A DNA stretch of 39,121 nt from a virus (Duplodnaviria; Caudoviricetes): the IMG/VR virus record IMGVR_UViG_3300023095_000005, positions 1 through 39,121 of that record; one strand, written 5' to 3'. Made by a program: the position numbers and the translations under genes. The notes below the pieces were generated by a model. It ran no database searches. It was not told the DNA's origin and saw only the letters and a program-made list of their open reading frames with translations. Positions 7,844 through 16,125 of the stretch are shown here, in pieces. Position 1 is the stretch's first letter; each line of letters starts with the position of its first letter.

Positions 7844-7884
7844 TTGACAAGCTATATAAAGCATGTAGTATTCGAGTTGTCAAG
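7844..7884. promoter_or_regulatory. overlapping opposed sigma70-like promoters between the two arms
   Basis: TTGACAA...TTGTCAA inverted pair; + strand TTGACA..TAGTAT, - strand TTGACA..TATAT. Confidence 0.6.
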
Positions 7885-7913
7885 CGTTTTATTTAGCCTT
7901 TTGAAAGAAAAAT

Positions 7914-10022
7914 ATGCAGCCCAACAAAACAGCCATTCGCCAGCATTTAGAGTTCCTTTTCTCAGGTATGGAGGATTATAAAGACGGCCGGTTTGAGATT
8001 AGCATCCTCAACGACTCGGAGAATTTTATCTTTGGATCTATTGATGAGGCTGTTGAAAAGGCTGTTCATTGGAATGAACAGGGCAAAAATGTCTATACTG
8101 TTGGATCCATCATGTCACCAAATACAGCCCCCTTCGGCCGTAACTCTGATAGTGATTTCTATGCAACCAACGTCCTTTGGTGTGATATTGACGATCCGGT
8201 CAATCCAAATGACCTTAAGGAAGCTTATAAAGATTGCCCCCCATCTCTAGTTGTTGTCACCGGCCGCACACCCTATACCCGCACCCATCTCTGGTGGAAA
8301 CTGGATGATGCCCTAACTGATTCCAACATTTTGCGCCGTGCTGTTCAAGGCATCCAGTTAGCTTTAGGTGGAGACCCTGCTGCAAAAAATCCAACCCGTC
8401 TAATGCGCTTAGGAGGCTCTGTAGCTTGGCCTAAGAAAGAAGGTCGTGTTGCTGAGGTCACTGAGGTTATTATTCCATCTAATGCCAAGACAACTACACT
8501 TGAGCGCATTATGGAAGTTTACCCGTTGCCAGAACAAAAGGCAAAACCACTCATTAGCCAAGATAATTTCAAAAGCACTGGTTTGCATTTACAAGACAAT
8601 AAATGGTTGGAATCAGATATTAAAGAAATTTTAAGCCATATCAGCCCGGATGTTGGATATCATGACTGGTGCCAAATAGGTATGGCGATCCATTCAGAAG
8701 GTATGTCATTTGCTACTTGGGATGACTGGTCTTCTCGTGGATCAACCTACAAACCAGAAGAAATGGCTAAGAAATGGGCTAGCTTTAAAGGTTCTGGTGT
8801 CAGTATAGGAACTCTTATTCATTTAGCAAAAGAACATGGCTGGCAGCCTAAAACCTATTCAGCGCCGCCTGAAGTAGTTCAAATCAAGAAACAGGAAACC
8901 ACTTATGACCCACAAACAGGTGAGGTCATTGAGCCTAAAGCTGATACGAAACAGGATGAATTAAAGCCTTATAGCTGGATTGAAGCTGATGATATTACAC
9001 CAGTTATTGACGTTGCCGACTTTGTGGAAGGCACGTTACGTGACAATGAAATGTCTGTTATTTACGGTAAACCAAACTGCGGCAAAACATTCTTTATGGT
9101 TGATCTATCTCTTCATATTGCCTTGGGTCGTGAATGGAACGGCCGTGAGATTGAACAGGGTTTAGTCGTTTACGTATCAATGGAGGGTGCTAGCGGTATC
9201 AAGAACCGTATTATTGCCTTCAAGCAGTTCTATAAAGTTAAAGATCATATCCCTATGGTCGTTATCCCCAAAGCTTTTAGTATGATGAATGCCGGGGATG
9301 CGGCTAATTTCCTTAAAACTTTATATTTAATTGAGGAGCAGCACGGCCGTGTCCGCATGATTGTTATTGACACTCTGGCACGTGCCATGGCTGGTGGGGA
9401 TGAAAACAGCACCAAAGATATGTCGGTCTTTGTAGCTAACTGTGACGCTATACGGGAACATACCCAAGCTCATATGGCTGTTATCCACCACTCAGGGAAA
9501 GACGATACAAGGGGTGCCAGAGGTTCTACAGCATTGCTTGGCGGTATCGACACAGAGATCGAATTGACACGGGACAAGGACTCTAAAATCGTCACTGTAA
9601 AGGTTACCAAGCAACGTGAAATGGAGGCATCTGATGACCTGTTTTACCAACTTGAAACAGTTCCACTTGGTCCAGATAGACGCGAGAAAATGGTTACATC
9701 CTGTGTTGTGTTACCTGTCAATTCAGACAATATCGAAAAGAAAAAGAAAGTCTTTAAGGTAACCGCAAGACAACAAACAGTCTTAAATGCAATACATAAT
9801 ACAATGGCTAAGTATGCTAAGGAACGCCATGTTTTGAGTGATATGCCAATTACTTCATGTATTACACGGGAAGAACTCAATTCTGAGCTGCGTGTGAAGG
9901 GATTCTACGAAGGAACCACACGCAATACACAGGGGACTAGATTGCGTGACGCATTAGAAGCACTTGAAATTAAAGGATTAGCTTTTTCAACGGAAGCCTT
10001 AGTCTGGACTATTAAAAAATGA
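7914..10022 (+). CDS. primase-helicase (RepB-like AEP primase + PriCT-2 + RecA-type AAA_25 helicase)
   Basis: LWCDID, HLWW, RLMRLGGS; YHDWCQIGMAIH..WDDWS..KWASF; Walker A GKPNCGKT, Walker B IVIDT, HHSGK, RGST. Confidence 0.9.
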   Translation: MQPNKTAIRQHLEFLFSGMEDYKDGRFEISILNDSENFIFGSIDEAVEKAVHWNEQGKNVYTVGSIMSPNTAPFGRNSDSDFYATNVLWCDIDDPVNPNDLKEAYKDCPPSLVVVTGRTPYTRTHLWWKLDDALTDSNILRRAVQGIQLALGGDPAAKNPTRLMRLGGSVAWPKKEGRVAEVTEVIIPSNAKTTTLERIMEVYPLPEQKAKPLISQDNFKSTGLHLQDNKWLESDIKEILSHISPDVGYHDWCQIGMAIHSEGMSFATWDDWSSRGSTYKPEEMAKKWASFKGSGVSIGTLIHLAKEHGWQPKTYSAPPEVVQIKKQETTYDPQTGEVIEPKADTKQDELKPYSWIEADDITPVIDVADFVEGTLRDNEMSVIYGKPNCGKTFFMVDLSLHIALGREWNGREIEQGLVVYVSMEGASGIKNRIIAFKQFYKVKDHIPMVVIPKAFSMMNAGDAANFLKTLYLIEEQHGRVRMIVIDTLARAMAGGDENSTKDMSVFVANCDAIREHTQAHMAVIHHSGKDDTRGARGSTALLGGIDTEIELTRDKDSKIVTVKVTKQREMEASDDLFYQLETVPLGPDRREKMVTSCVVLPVNSDNIEKKKKVFKVTARQQTVLNAIHNTMAKYAKERHVLSDMPITSCITREELNSELRVKGFYEGTTRNTQGTRLRDALEALEIKGLAFSTEALVWTIKK

Positions 10023-10026
10023 CAAA

Positions 10027-10124
10027 TCACACGCGTCACACGCAATCACACGCAAAACGTCACACACTGCATGTGCGTGTGGTGCGTGTGATCCCCTGTA
10101 TACAGGGATCACACAATCACACGC
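10027..10124. repeat. TCACACGC repeat cluster with palindrome; probable replication origin
   Basis: TCACACGC at 10027, 10036, 10046, 10117; variants at 10060, 10109; inverted copies at 10075, 10084; palindrome 10086-10114. Confidence 0.75.
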
Positions 10125-10165
10125 ATGCAAGTGCCCGATAAAACAACAAACAAAAGGTTAACAAA

Positions 10166-10681
10166 ATGAACTACACAAAGACCCCTTGGAACCACCTCGA
10201 CAAGCTGTCCTTGGCACAGTGGAACATAGCCCGCATCATCGGCAACCTTGATGACATTGCCACCGACTACGAGACACGTTGGGGTAAGGGGAAGCTGCAA
10301 CAGTTGGCAAACCCAGACCTCCTCACCAAGTGGGAACGCCAGATGGCCAAGCTGACTGATGCCATGGAACGGGAACACCCCGAAGAAGTCCTGGAGCTGG
10401 CTATCGGCACCCGTAAGGCTTGGGAGATACTCGAGGAGGCTGCACTGGCTTCGGGTGCCGTGCCACTCGATCCTCACGCTTGGGAGACCCATGCCAGTGA
10501 TGGGACGGTGTATCAGGTGTTCCGGTCATACGGACAGGCCAGAGGAGAAAACGCTATCACAGCTCAGGAACTTGTTAACTTTTATCACACTGCCAGACTG
10601 AAAGCGTTTGAGAAGCCGGAACCCGTCAAGCAACCTAAGGATTATCAGGTGGGGGAGGTTTCGGAACAGATCCCATTCTGA
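10166..10681 (+). CDS. hypothetical protein, possibly replication-linked
   Basis: 171-aa ORF after the origin; ends EVSEQIPF. Confidence 0.75.
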   Translation: MNYTKTPWNHLDKLSLAQWNIARIIGNLDDIATDYETRWGKGKLQQLANPDLLTKWERQMAKLTDAMEREHPEEVLELAIGTRKAWEILEEAALASGAVPLDPHAWETHASDGTVYQVFRSYGQARGENAITAQELVNFYHTARLKAFEKPEPVKQPKDYQVGEVSEQIPF

Positions 10682-10762
10682 CAATCCCCTTGCGCCCGGC
10701 AACGGGGTGTGGTTAGATAATCCTGCCTTCGGGCTATCATCAGTATCAACAGGAGAATTATT

Positions 10763-11059
10763 ATGCTTATTAAGTATTATGCTTTAAACGGAGCCATTCA
10801 TATCCTCGATGGCGTTTCAGATGTCACTGTAACACCAGGATTGGTAGACGTTGAAAAAGAACCTTCAATTGAAGGTTACGATAATTTAATATTCGAAGGT
10901 TTGATAAAATCCGGAGATCTTGCCAGAGTTGTAAATTTTGCTCAAAATGGACCTAAGAAATTATTTGTTTATGGCTTTGCCTATATCTGTAATGATGATG
11001 GCAAGACAATTCACAAGGTTGAAGTCGAGCGTCCACAATCCTCAATTGTTGAAGATTAG
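10763..11059 (+). CDS. hypothetical protein (moron-like)
   Basis: AGGAG RBS; own promoter-like element; AT-rich; C-terminal AYICNDDGKTI. Confidence 0.75.
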   Translation: MLIKYYALNGAIHILDGVSDVTVTPGLVDVEKEPSIEGYDNLIFEGLIKSGDLARVVNFAQNGPKKLFVYGFAYICNDDGKTIHKVEVERPQSSIVED

Positions 11060-11070
11060 ATAATTTCCCC

Positions 11071-11099
11071 TTGACCTCCCGAGCTTGCGGTGGTAGGGT
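11071..11099 (+). promoter_or_regulatory. sigma70-like promoter upstream of the putative ncRNA
   Basis: TTGACC-17 bp-TAGGGT with extended TGn. Confidence 0.55.
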
Positions 11100-11104
11100 A
11101 GGAT

Positions 11105-11290
11105 TCGAGCTAAATTGTGAGTCTCGTGCTCTCAGACCGCGCCAGTCCGGTATAGGCTGGTATCTTTCTCTCCCTTAGCTGTCAAGCTGGCATGCCGTGC
11201 GAATCGGGCAGATGCAGCTAAGGGATGGATAGATTCCGGTTAAAGTACGTGTTAACCAGAAAGCGGTGTCAATCTCTGGTCTATCCTCCC
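11105..11290 (+). ncRNA. putative structured non-coding RNA
   Basis: No RBS-led ORF; stems 11141-47/11155-61, 11171-81/11215-25 (11 bp perfect), 11227-33/11280-86, 11238-43/11252-57. Confidence 0.55.
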
Positions 11291-11343
11291 TCTTGACTTG
11301 CCTCGCGGCGTGTGGCTCAAATCAGACAAACGAGGAGATAATC

Positions 11344-11538
11344 ATGGTAATTATGGGATGGATGATTTTTGCACTTCATGGCAAAGTCAAAGATCAATTG
11401 TTTAATATTCCTTTGCCTTATGACATGTTGGATTTGTACGATACAAAACCAATACAGGAAGACTTGACATCTCCACACAATCCATGCCAGACTGATCTCA
11501 TCATCTCCTCGATGCATCGTCCAGCCTCTCGACGTTAA
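11344..11538 (+). CDS. hypothetical protein (64 aa)
   Basis: GAGGAG-6 nt-ATG at 11344 inside track ORF 11266-11538. Confidence 0.5.
   Translation: MVIMGWMIFALHGKVKDQLFNIPLPYDMLDLYDTKPIQEDLTSPHNPCQTDLIISSMHRPASRR
11464..11493 (+). promoter_or_regulatory. sigma70-like promoter
   Basis: TTGACA-18 bp-CAGACT with TGn extension. Confidence 0.5.
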
Positions 11539-11571
11539 ACCAGAGGCACCAATTCACCGAGGAGTTGTTTT

Positions 11572-11757
11572 ATGATTGCCCAATTTATCATCGTTGCCGT
11601 TATCCTTCTCTGCGCCTATCTCGCGGATAACAAACTCATCAGCAACATCCCAGACCCAACTCCTCAACGCATCTTCCGGGTTCTCGTCTGGTTCATTGCC
11701 ATCGTCCTTATCCTTGCATGCTATGGACTTATTAGTCCTGCAGCTGTTAAACTTTAA
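11572..11757 (+). CDS. small two-TM membrane protein (resembles the Thivi_2564 type)
   Basis: Two hydrophobic helices separated by NIPDP; GAGGAG RBS. Confidence 0.7.
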   Translation: MIAQFIIVAVILLCAYLADNKLISNIPDPTPQRIFRVLVWFIAIVLILACYGLISPAAVKL

Positions 11758-11769
11758 CAATGGTTTACA

Positions 11770-12105
11770 ATGGACAAGGTTGATACCCTACAAAACCTTA
11801 AACCATATGCTCCCGGTGTGTCTGGAAACCCAGCAGGACGCCCTGTAGGGGCTTTAAACCGTTCTACGCTATACAGGCGCCATTTAGAAAAGAAGGGTAT
11901 CCACGGCCTTGTGGCGGACGATTTGGTGATGGCTGCAATTGAGAAGGCTCTCACTGGCGATATTCAAGCTCTCAAGGAAATCATGGATAGTGGTTACGGC
12001 AAAGTCAAAGACTCCACCGAACTGACGGGCGCTGATGGCGCCAAGCTGTTCCCTGACACGGTTGCCATAAATGTACACAAGGGCAAGACAGATGACCCTG
12101 CTTGA
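11770..12105 (+). CDS. terS: terminase small subunit
   Basis: NLKP..PGVSGNPAGRP, A..GD..A.KEIMD..YGK, ELTGADG; upstream of TerL. Confidence 0.8.
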   Translation: MDKVDTLQNLKPYAPGVSGNPAGRPVGALNRSTLYRRHLEKKGIHGLVADDLVMAAIEKALTGDIQALKEIMDSGYGKVKDSTELTGADGAKLFPDTVAINVHKGKTDDPA

Positions 12106-12244
12106 GCAATGCATTGAAATTCTGTCCCGGTCCGTGTCCTCTTGGTCTGAGCAGGATTACAAGATCCTTGATGAAGGCAATCGCAAGATAGGCCGCGATC
12201 AGATGAAAGACCTGATGGAAAAGCATGGTCCTAAATATGACTAA
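12092..12244 (+). CDS. hypothetical protein (50 aa)
   Basis: Manual ORF MTLLEQCIEILSRSVSSWSEQDYKILDEG...; fills the gap. Confidence 0.45.
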   Translation: MTLLEQCIEILSRSVSSWSEQDYKILDEGNRKIGRDQMKDLMEKHGPKYD

Positions 12245-12446
12245 TTCCATCATGACTATTGATATTTATCATAAGGATGGTGTCCGCAAGGGTGTTGATA
12301 TTGAGATTCCTTACGATGTGCCGCGCCATCAGTTGATTGATAAATATATTAATCCAGCGCTCGACTTCCTAGATAAAACTAAGTTTCAAACCACAGAAGA
12401 CTATGAACAACGCCACGAACGCGTTAAAGGGATTCTGAACCGTTAA
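12225..12446 (+). CDS. hypothetical protein
   Basis: ORF track; TAATG coupling to terL; start uncertain. Confidence 0.55.
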   Translation: MVLNMTNSIMTIDIYHKDGVRKGVDIEIPYDVPRHQLIDKYINPALDFLDKTKFQTTEDYEQRHERVKGILNR

Positions 12447-13729
12447 TGGAACTGAACATAGCAGAACCATTCCTGCCTCTGTTTGATGAGACAGACCCTA
12501 ACTATAATAAGCGCTATCTGGTCTTTTATGGCGGTCGTGGCTCTGGTAAGACTGTCACCATAGCTAAAGCCTTATTGCTTCGCGGTTATCGCAAGAAAGA
12601 GCGCATCCTCTGCTGTCGGGAATATCAGAACTCAATCAGCGATTCCGTGCTGAAGACCTTGGAGGATGAGATTGAGGTGCTTGGCCTGCAAGCCTTCTAC
12701 AAAGTACAGAACAACGGTATCTTTGGTCTCAATGGCACTGAGTTCATCTTCAAAGGTGTTAAGAACAACATCCAGTCCATCAAGTCTATGGCCGGCATTA
12801 CCATTGTCTGGCCTGAAGAAGCGCAAACCGTGTCCGATAAGTCATGGGATGTTCTTATCCCCACAATCCGTGCTGAAGGCTCTCAGTTCTTTATCAGCTT
12901 TAACCCTGATGAAGAAGATGATCCAACATACCAGCGCTTTGTTATTAACCCACCGCCCAATGCCTATGTCTGTAAAGTGAACTACGATTCCAATCCGTGG
13001 TTCCCTGAGACATTGCGCGAGGAGATGGAATACGTTAAAGGACGTGACACGGAGCTTTACAACCATATCTGGCTTGGCAACACACGCCGTGCTGGACTTG
13101 GTGCTGTCTTTGGCAAGGAGATGGAAGAGGCTTTCAAGGATGGCCGCATCACGTCAGTCCCTTGGACACCCGCAGCTGCTACCATGACATTCTGGGATCT
13201 AGGCTGGGCTGACCAGACCGCTATCTGGTTTGGGCAGACAGTCGGTAAGGAACCACGCTCTATTGATTACTATGAGAGCAACATGGAATCGTTAGACCAT
13301 TACGTTGCCATGATTAAATCAAAGCCTTACCACTATGGCGTTCACGTCCTGCCACATGATGCAGGTCATAAGTCATTACGCACAGGTAAGACTTTAGCCT
13401 TACAGCTGGAGGAAATGGGTCTTGGTATCGTTGGTGAGACCATCCTTGTCCTGCCCGTCAACGCCATTGCACCCGGCATTGAGCTAGCGCGTCAGCTTAT
13501 CCCGCAAATGTGGTTTGATGAGGAGAAGTGCAAGCAGGGTATTCATTGCCTGCGTAAGTACCATTACAAGTTTGATGAGGATCGTAAGGTGTTCAGCAAG
13601 GAGCCTCTGCATGACTGGTCTTCTAATGGTTCAGATGCCTTCCGTTATATGGCAACATACTTGGGGACACAGAAGACAACCTCCACTTACAACCACGAAC
13701 CCGGATCAAGCGCATCAACGGGATATTAA
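12446..13729 (+). CDS. terL: terminase large subunit (PBSX/Terminase_3 type)
   Basis: YGGRGSGKT, CCRE, W.EEA, PTIR, SFNP; nuclease WDLG..D, LPHD, DAFRY. Confidence 0.95.
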   Translation: MELNIAEPFLPLFDETDPNYNKRYLVFYGGRGSGKTVTIAKALLLRGYRKKERILCCREYQNSISDSVLKTLEDEIEVLGLQAFYKVQNNGIFGLNGTEFIFKGVKNNIQSIKSMAGITIVWPEEAQTVSDKSWDVLIPTIRAEGSQFFISFNPDEEDDPTYQRFVINPPPNAYVCKVNYDSNPWFPETLREEMEYVKGRDTELYNHIWLGNTRRAGLGAVFGKEMEEAFKDGRITSVPWTPAAATMTFWDLGWADQTAIWFGQTVGKEPRSIDYYESNMESLDHYVAMIKSKPYHYGVHVLPHDAGHKSLRTGKTLALQLEEMGLGIVGETILVLPVNAIAPGIELARQLIPQMWFDEEKCKQGIHCLRKYHYKFDEDRKVFSKEPLHDWSSNGSDAFRYMATYLGTQKTTSTYNHEPGSSASTGY

Positions 13730-13736
13730 CAAAGTG

Positions 13737-13777
13737 CCGCAAATATTCTTGCATACCTAGAAAATCTGCGGTATGAT
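13737..13777 (+). promoter_or_regulatory. portal promoter with two inverted 15-bp boxes
   Basis: TTGCAT-17 bp-TATGAT; boxes CCGCAAATATTCTTG (13737) and CTAGAAAATCTGCGG (13757). Confidence 0.65.
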
Positions 13778-13791
13778 CCACCAAACGGAGC

Positions 13792-16125
13792 GTGATAATG
13801 GCAGATGCTGCACAAAAACCAACCAAACCAAACAATGATAAGCTCATTGAGCGCATGTGCAAACGCTTCAAACTCGCCGCCGAGGCTGAGTCAGAGAACC
13901 GCAAGAACGGTCTCAAAGCCCTGAAATTCCGCTCTGGTGGCAAATATCAATGGGATGATAAGCTCTATGCTGCCCGCACGATGGACAATCGCCCCACCGA
14001 ATCAAACAACCAGATCCCCCAGTTCGTCCACAAAGTCACCAACAACATGCGCATGAACATGCCGCAGGTGAAGATCATACCCAAGGAAGACGCCGTTAAA
14101 GAGACAGCTGACATTCTTGAGGGCATGTGCCGCGAGATTCAATCATCCTCCGAAGCTGAAGTAGCCTTTGATACAGCAGCTGACTTGCAGGTCACAATTG
14201 GATGGGGCTATTTCCGCGTCCTGACAGAATATGAAGATGAAGAGGACGAATCTGAAGATCAGGTTATCAAGATTAAGCGTATTGCTAACCCGATGATGGT
14301 CTATGATGATCCTTATGCCTTAGAGCAGGATCGCTCAGATCGTGACTGGGCTTTCATTGCCAATGATCTGCCCGTTGATGAGTTCAATCTTGAACACGAC
14401 AAAAATTACGGCGATCTGGAGCTTTCCAGCATTGGTGACCAGATGCCCGGCTGGGCTTCAACGGAAGCACGCACCGTTCGCGTTGTTGAATACTTTGAGC
14501 GCACACGTGAGAAGCTTGACAAGGTTGGTAACAAAGAGCGCTATCGCAGCAAAGTTATGTGGTATAAATGCACAGCCACTGAAGTGCTGGAATCTGCCGA
14601 GTGGGCTGGTAAATACATCCCGCTTATCTTTGTCTCTGGCGAAGAGCTGAACATTGACGGCAAGAAAGAGCTTTCTGGTATTGTTGAGGGCCTTATAGCA
14701 CCGCAGAAGCAATATAACTACTGGACAAATGCCGCAACAGAAGCTGTGGCCTTGGCACCTAAATCACCCTTCATTATGGCGCTTGGTCAGGTCAAAGGCT
14801 TGGAGAAGTATTGGGATAATGCTAACGCCAAGTCATACCCTTATCTGCCATATCACCCGATTGACATTAACGGAACACCTATTGGACCGCCTCAACGACA
14901 GTCTCCCGGTGCTGACATTTCTGCCTTCATTGCGCTCGTCCAAGGCGCTCAGCAGAACATGTACTCTGTGTCTGGTATCTACCCGGCATCTTTAGGTCAG
15001 CAATCTAACGAAACGTCCGGTCGTGCTATCAATGCACGTAAGGTTGAAGGTGAGGTGTCCAATTTCCATTTTCCTGACAACATGGCTCGTGCTATCCGTT
15101 TTCTCGGTCGCATTCTGGTTGACCTGATACCTAAGATTTACGATACCAAACGCGTTGTGCGTATCCTGCACATGGATGGTAAGACAGAAGCTGTCACAGT
15201 CAATGCACCGTTTAAGGATAAGAAGGGCAAGAGCAAGACCTTTGACCTGTCTGAAGGTAAGTATGATGTTGCTGTGACAACAGGCCCTAGCTACTCCACC
15301 AAGCGTGAGCAGGCTGTTGACAGTATGATCCAGATTAGCCAGGCAAACCCAGCTATCTGGCAAGTGGCTCCTGACCTTATGGTCAAGGAGATGGATTGGC
15401 CGGGGTCAGACAAACTTGCCGAGCGTTTTGCCAAGACATTACCACCGGGTCTTGTTGACGATGATGAGGCATCCGAGATTCCACCTCAAGTACAAGCACA
15501 AGTTGCGCAAATGCAACAGATCATTGAGCAGCTTGGCACACAATTGCAACAGGCATCACAAGAGCTACAGTCTAAAGAAGCTGAAATCCAGCTTAAGCAG
15601 GCTGACTTGCAGCTCAAGGCACAGGATATGCAATACAAAGCCCAACATGACCAGATGCAGGCACAGCTTGATATGGATAAGAACCAGCTGGAGCGTGAGA
15701 AACTGGCCGTTGAAACGCTGAAGATTGAATTATCCGGTGTTCAGGAGAAGATGCCTAAAGCACAAGGTTCTTCACAGAGTGAGACCATCGAACATGAGCC
15801 TGATGGTCTTGAGAATGAGAATGTATTGCTGGCCAAGATTGATGCCTTACGCGAGAAGCGTGAGAAAGAAGCCATGGACATGCAAATGATGCAGGAAATG
15901 GCGATGCAGGAGCAAGCTTTGCAGGTTCAGACGGCCGAGATGCAGATGCAGCAACAAGCCGCTGTTATTCAGAATGCTCAAGCAACACAGGAACAGTTAG
16001 GTAATATCAGTATGATGCTTGGTGGTTTGATGCAGGCCATTACAGCGCCTAAAGTTGTACAGCGTGATCCTGTGACCGGTCTTGTTCAGGGAGTTGTGAC
16101 GGTTGATACCATAGGCAGCGCCTAA
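13792..16125 (+). CDS. P22-like portal protein
   Basis: QWD...R...RP...N, YIPLI, GIVE.L..PQ..YN, NETSGRAI..R, YDV.V.TGPS..TKR, long Gln-rich coiled coil. Confidence 0.92.
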   Translation: MIMADAAQKPTKPNNDKLIERMCKRFKLAAEAESENRKNGLKALKFRSGGKYQWDDKLYAARTMDNRPTESNNQIPQFVHKVTNNMRMNMPQVKIIPKEDAVKETADILEGMCREIQSSSEAEVAFDTAADLQVTIGWGYFRVLTEYEDEEDESEDQVIKIKRIANPMMVYDDPYALEQDRSDRDWAFIANDLPVDEFNLEHDKNYGDLELSSIGDQMPGWASTEARTVRVVEYFERTREKLDKVGNKERYRSKVMWYKCTATEVLESAEWAGKYIPLIFVSGEELNIDGKKELSGIVEGLIAPQKQYNYWTNAATEAVALAPKSPFIMALGQVKGLEKYWDNANAKSYPYLPYHPIDINGTPIGPPQRQSPGADISAFIALVQGAQQNMYSVSGIYPASLGQQSNETSGRAINARKVEGEVSNFHFPDNMARAIRFLGRILVDLIPKIYDTKRVVRILHMDGKTEAVTVNAPFKDKKGKSKTFDLSEGKYDVAVTTGPSYSTKREQAVDSMIQISQANPAIWQVAPDLMVKEMDWPGSDKLAERFAKTLPPGLVDDDEASEIPPQVQAQVAQMQQIIEQLGTQLQQASQELQSKEAEIQLKQADLQLKAQDMQYKAQHDQMQAQLDMDKNQLEREKLAVETLKIELSGVQEKMPKAQGSSQSETIEHEPDGLENENVLLAKIDALREKREKEAMDMQMMQEMAMQEQALQVQTAEMQMQQQAAVIQNAQATQEQLGNISMMLGGLMQAITAPKVVQRDPVTGLVQGVVTVDTIGSA

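Noticed and set aside
10027-10124. Possible CRISPR array
   Set aside because: Units are 8 bp, in mixed orientation, with no spacer-length unique sequences and no cas operon
11105-11290. Canonical tRNA gene
   Set aside because: No cloverleaf with D arm, U33 anticodon loop and GTTC T-loop could be built
11210-11315. HDV-like or hammerhead ribozyme (CCTCGCGG and GCTAAGGGA resemble HDV fragments)
   Set aside because: Fragments are in the wrong order, P1/P3 pairings do not form, and there is no CTGAnGA/GAAA core; a covariance-model search would settle it
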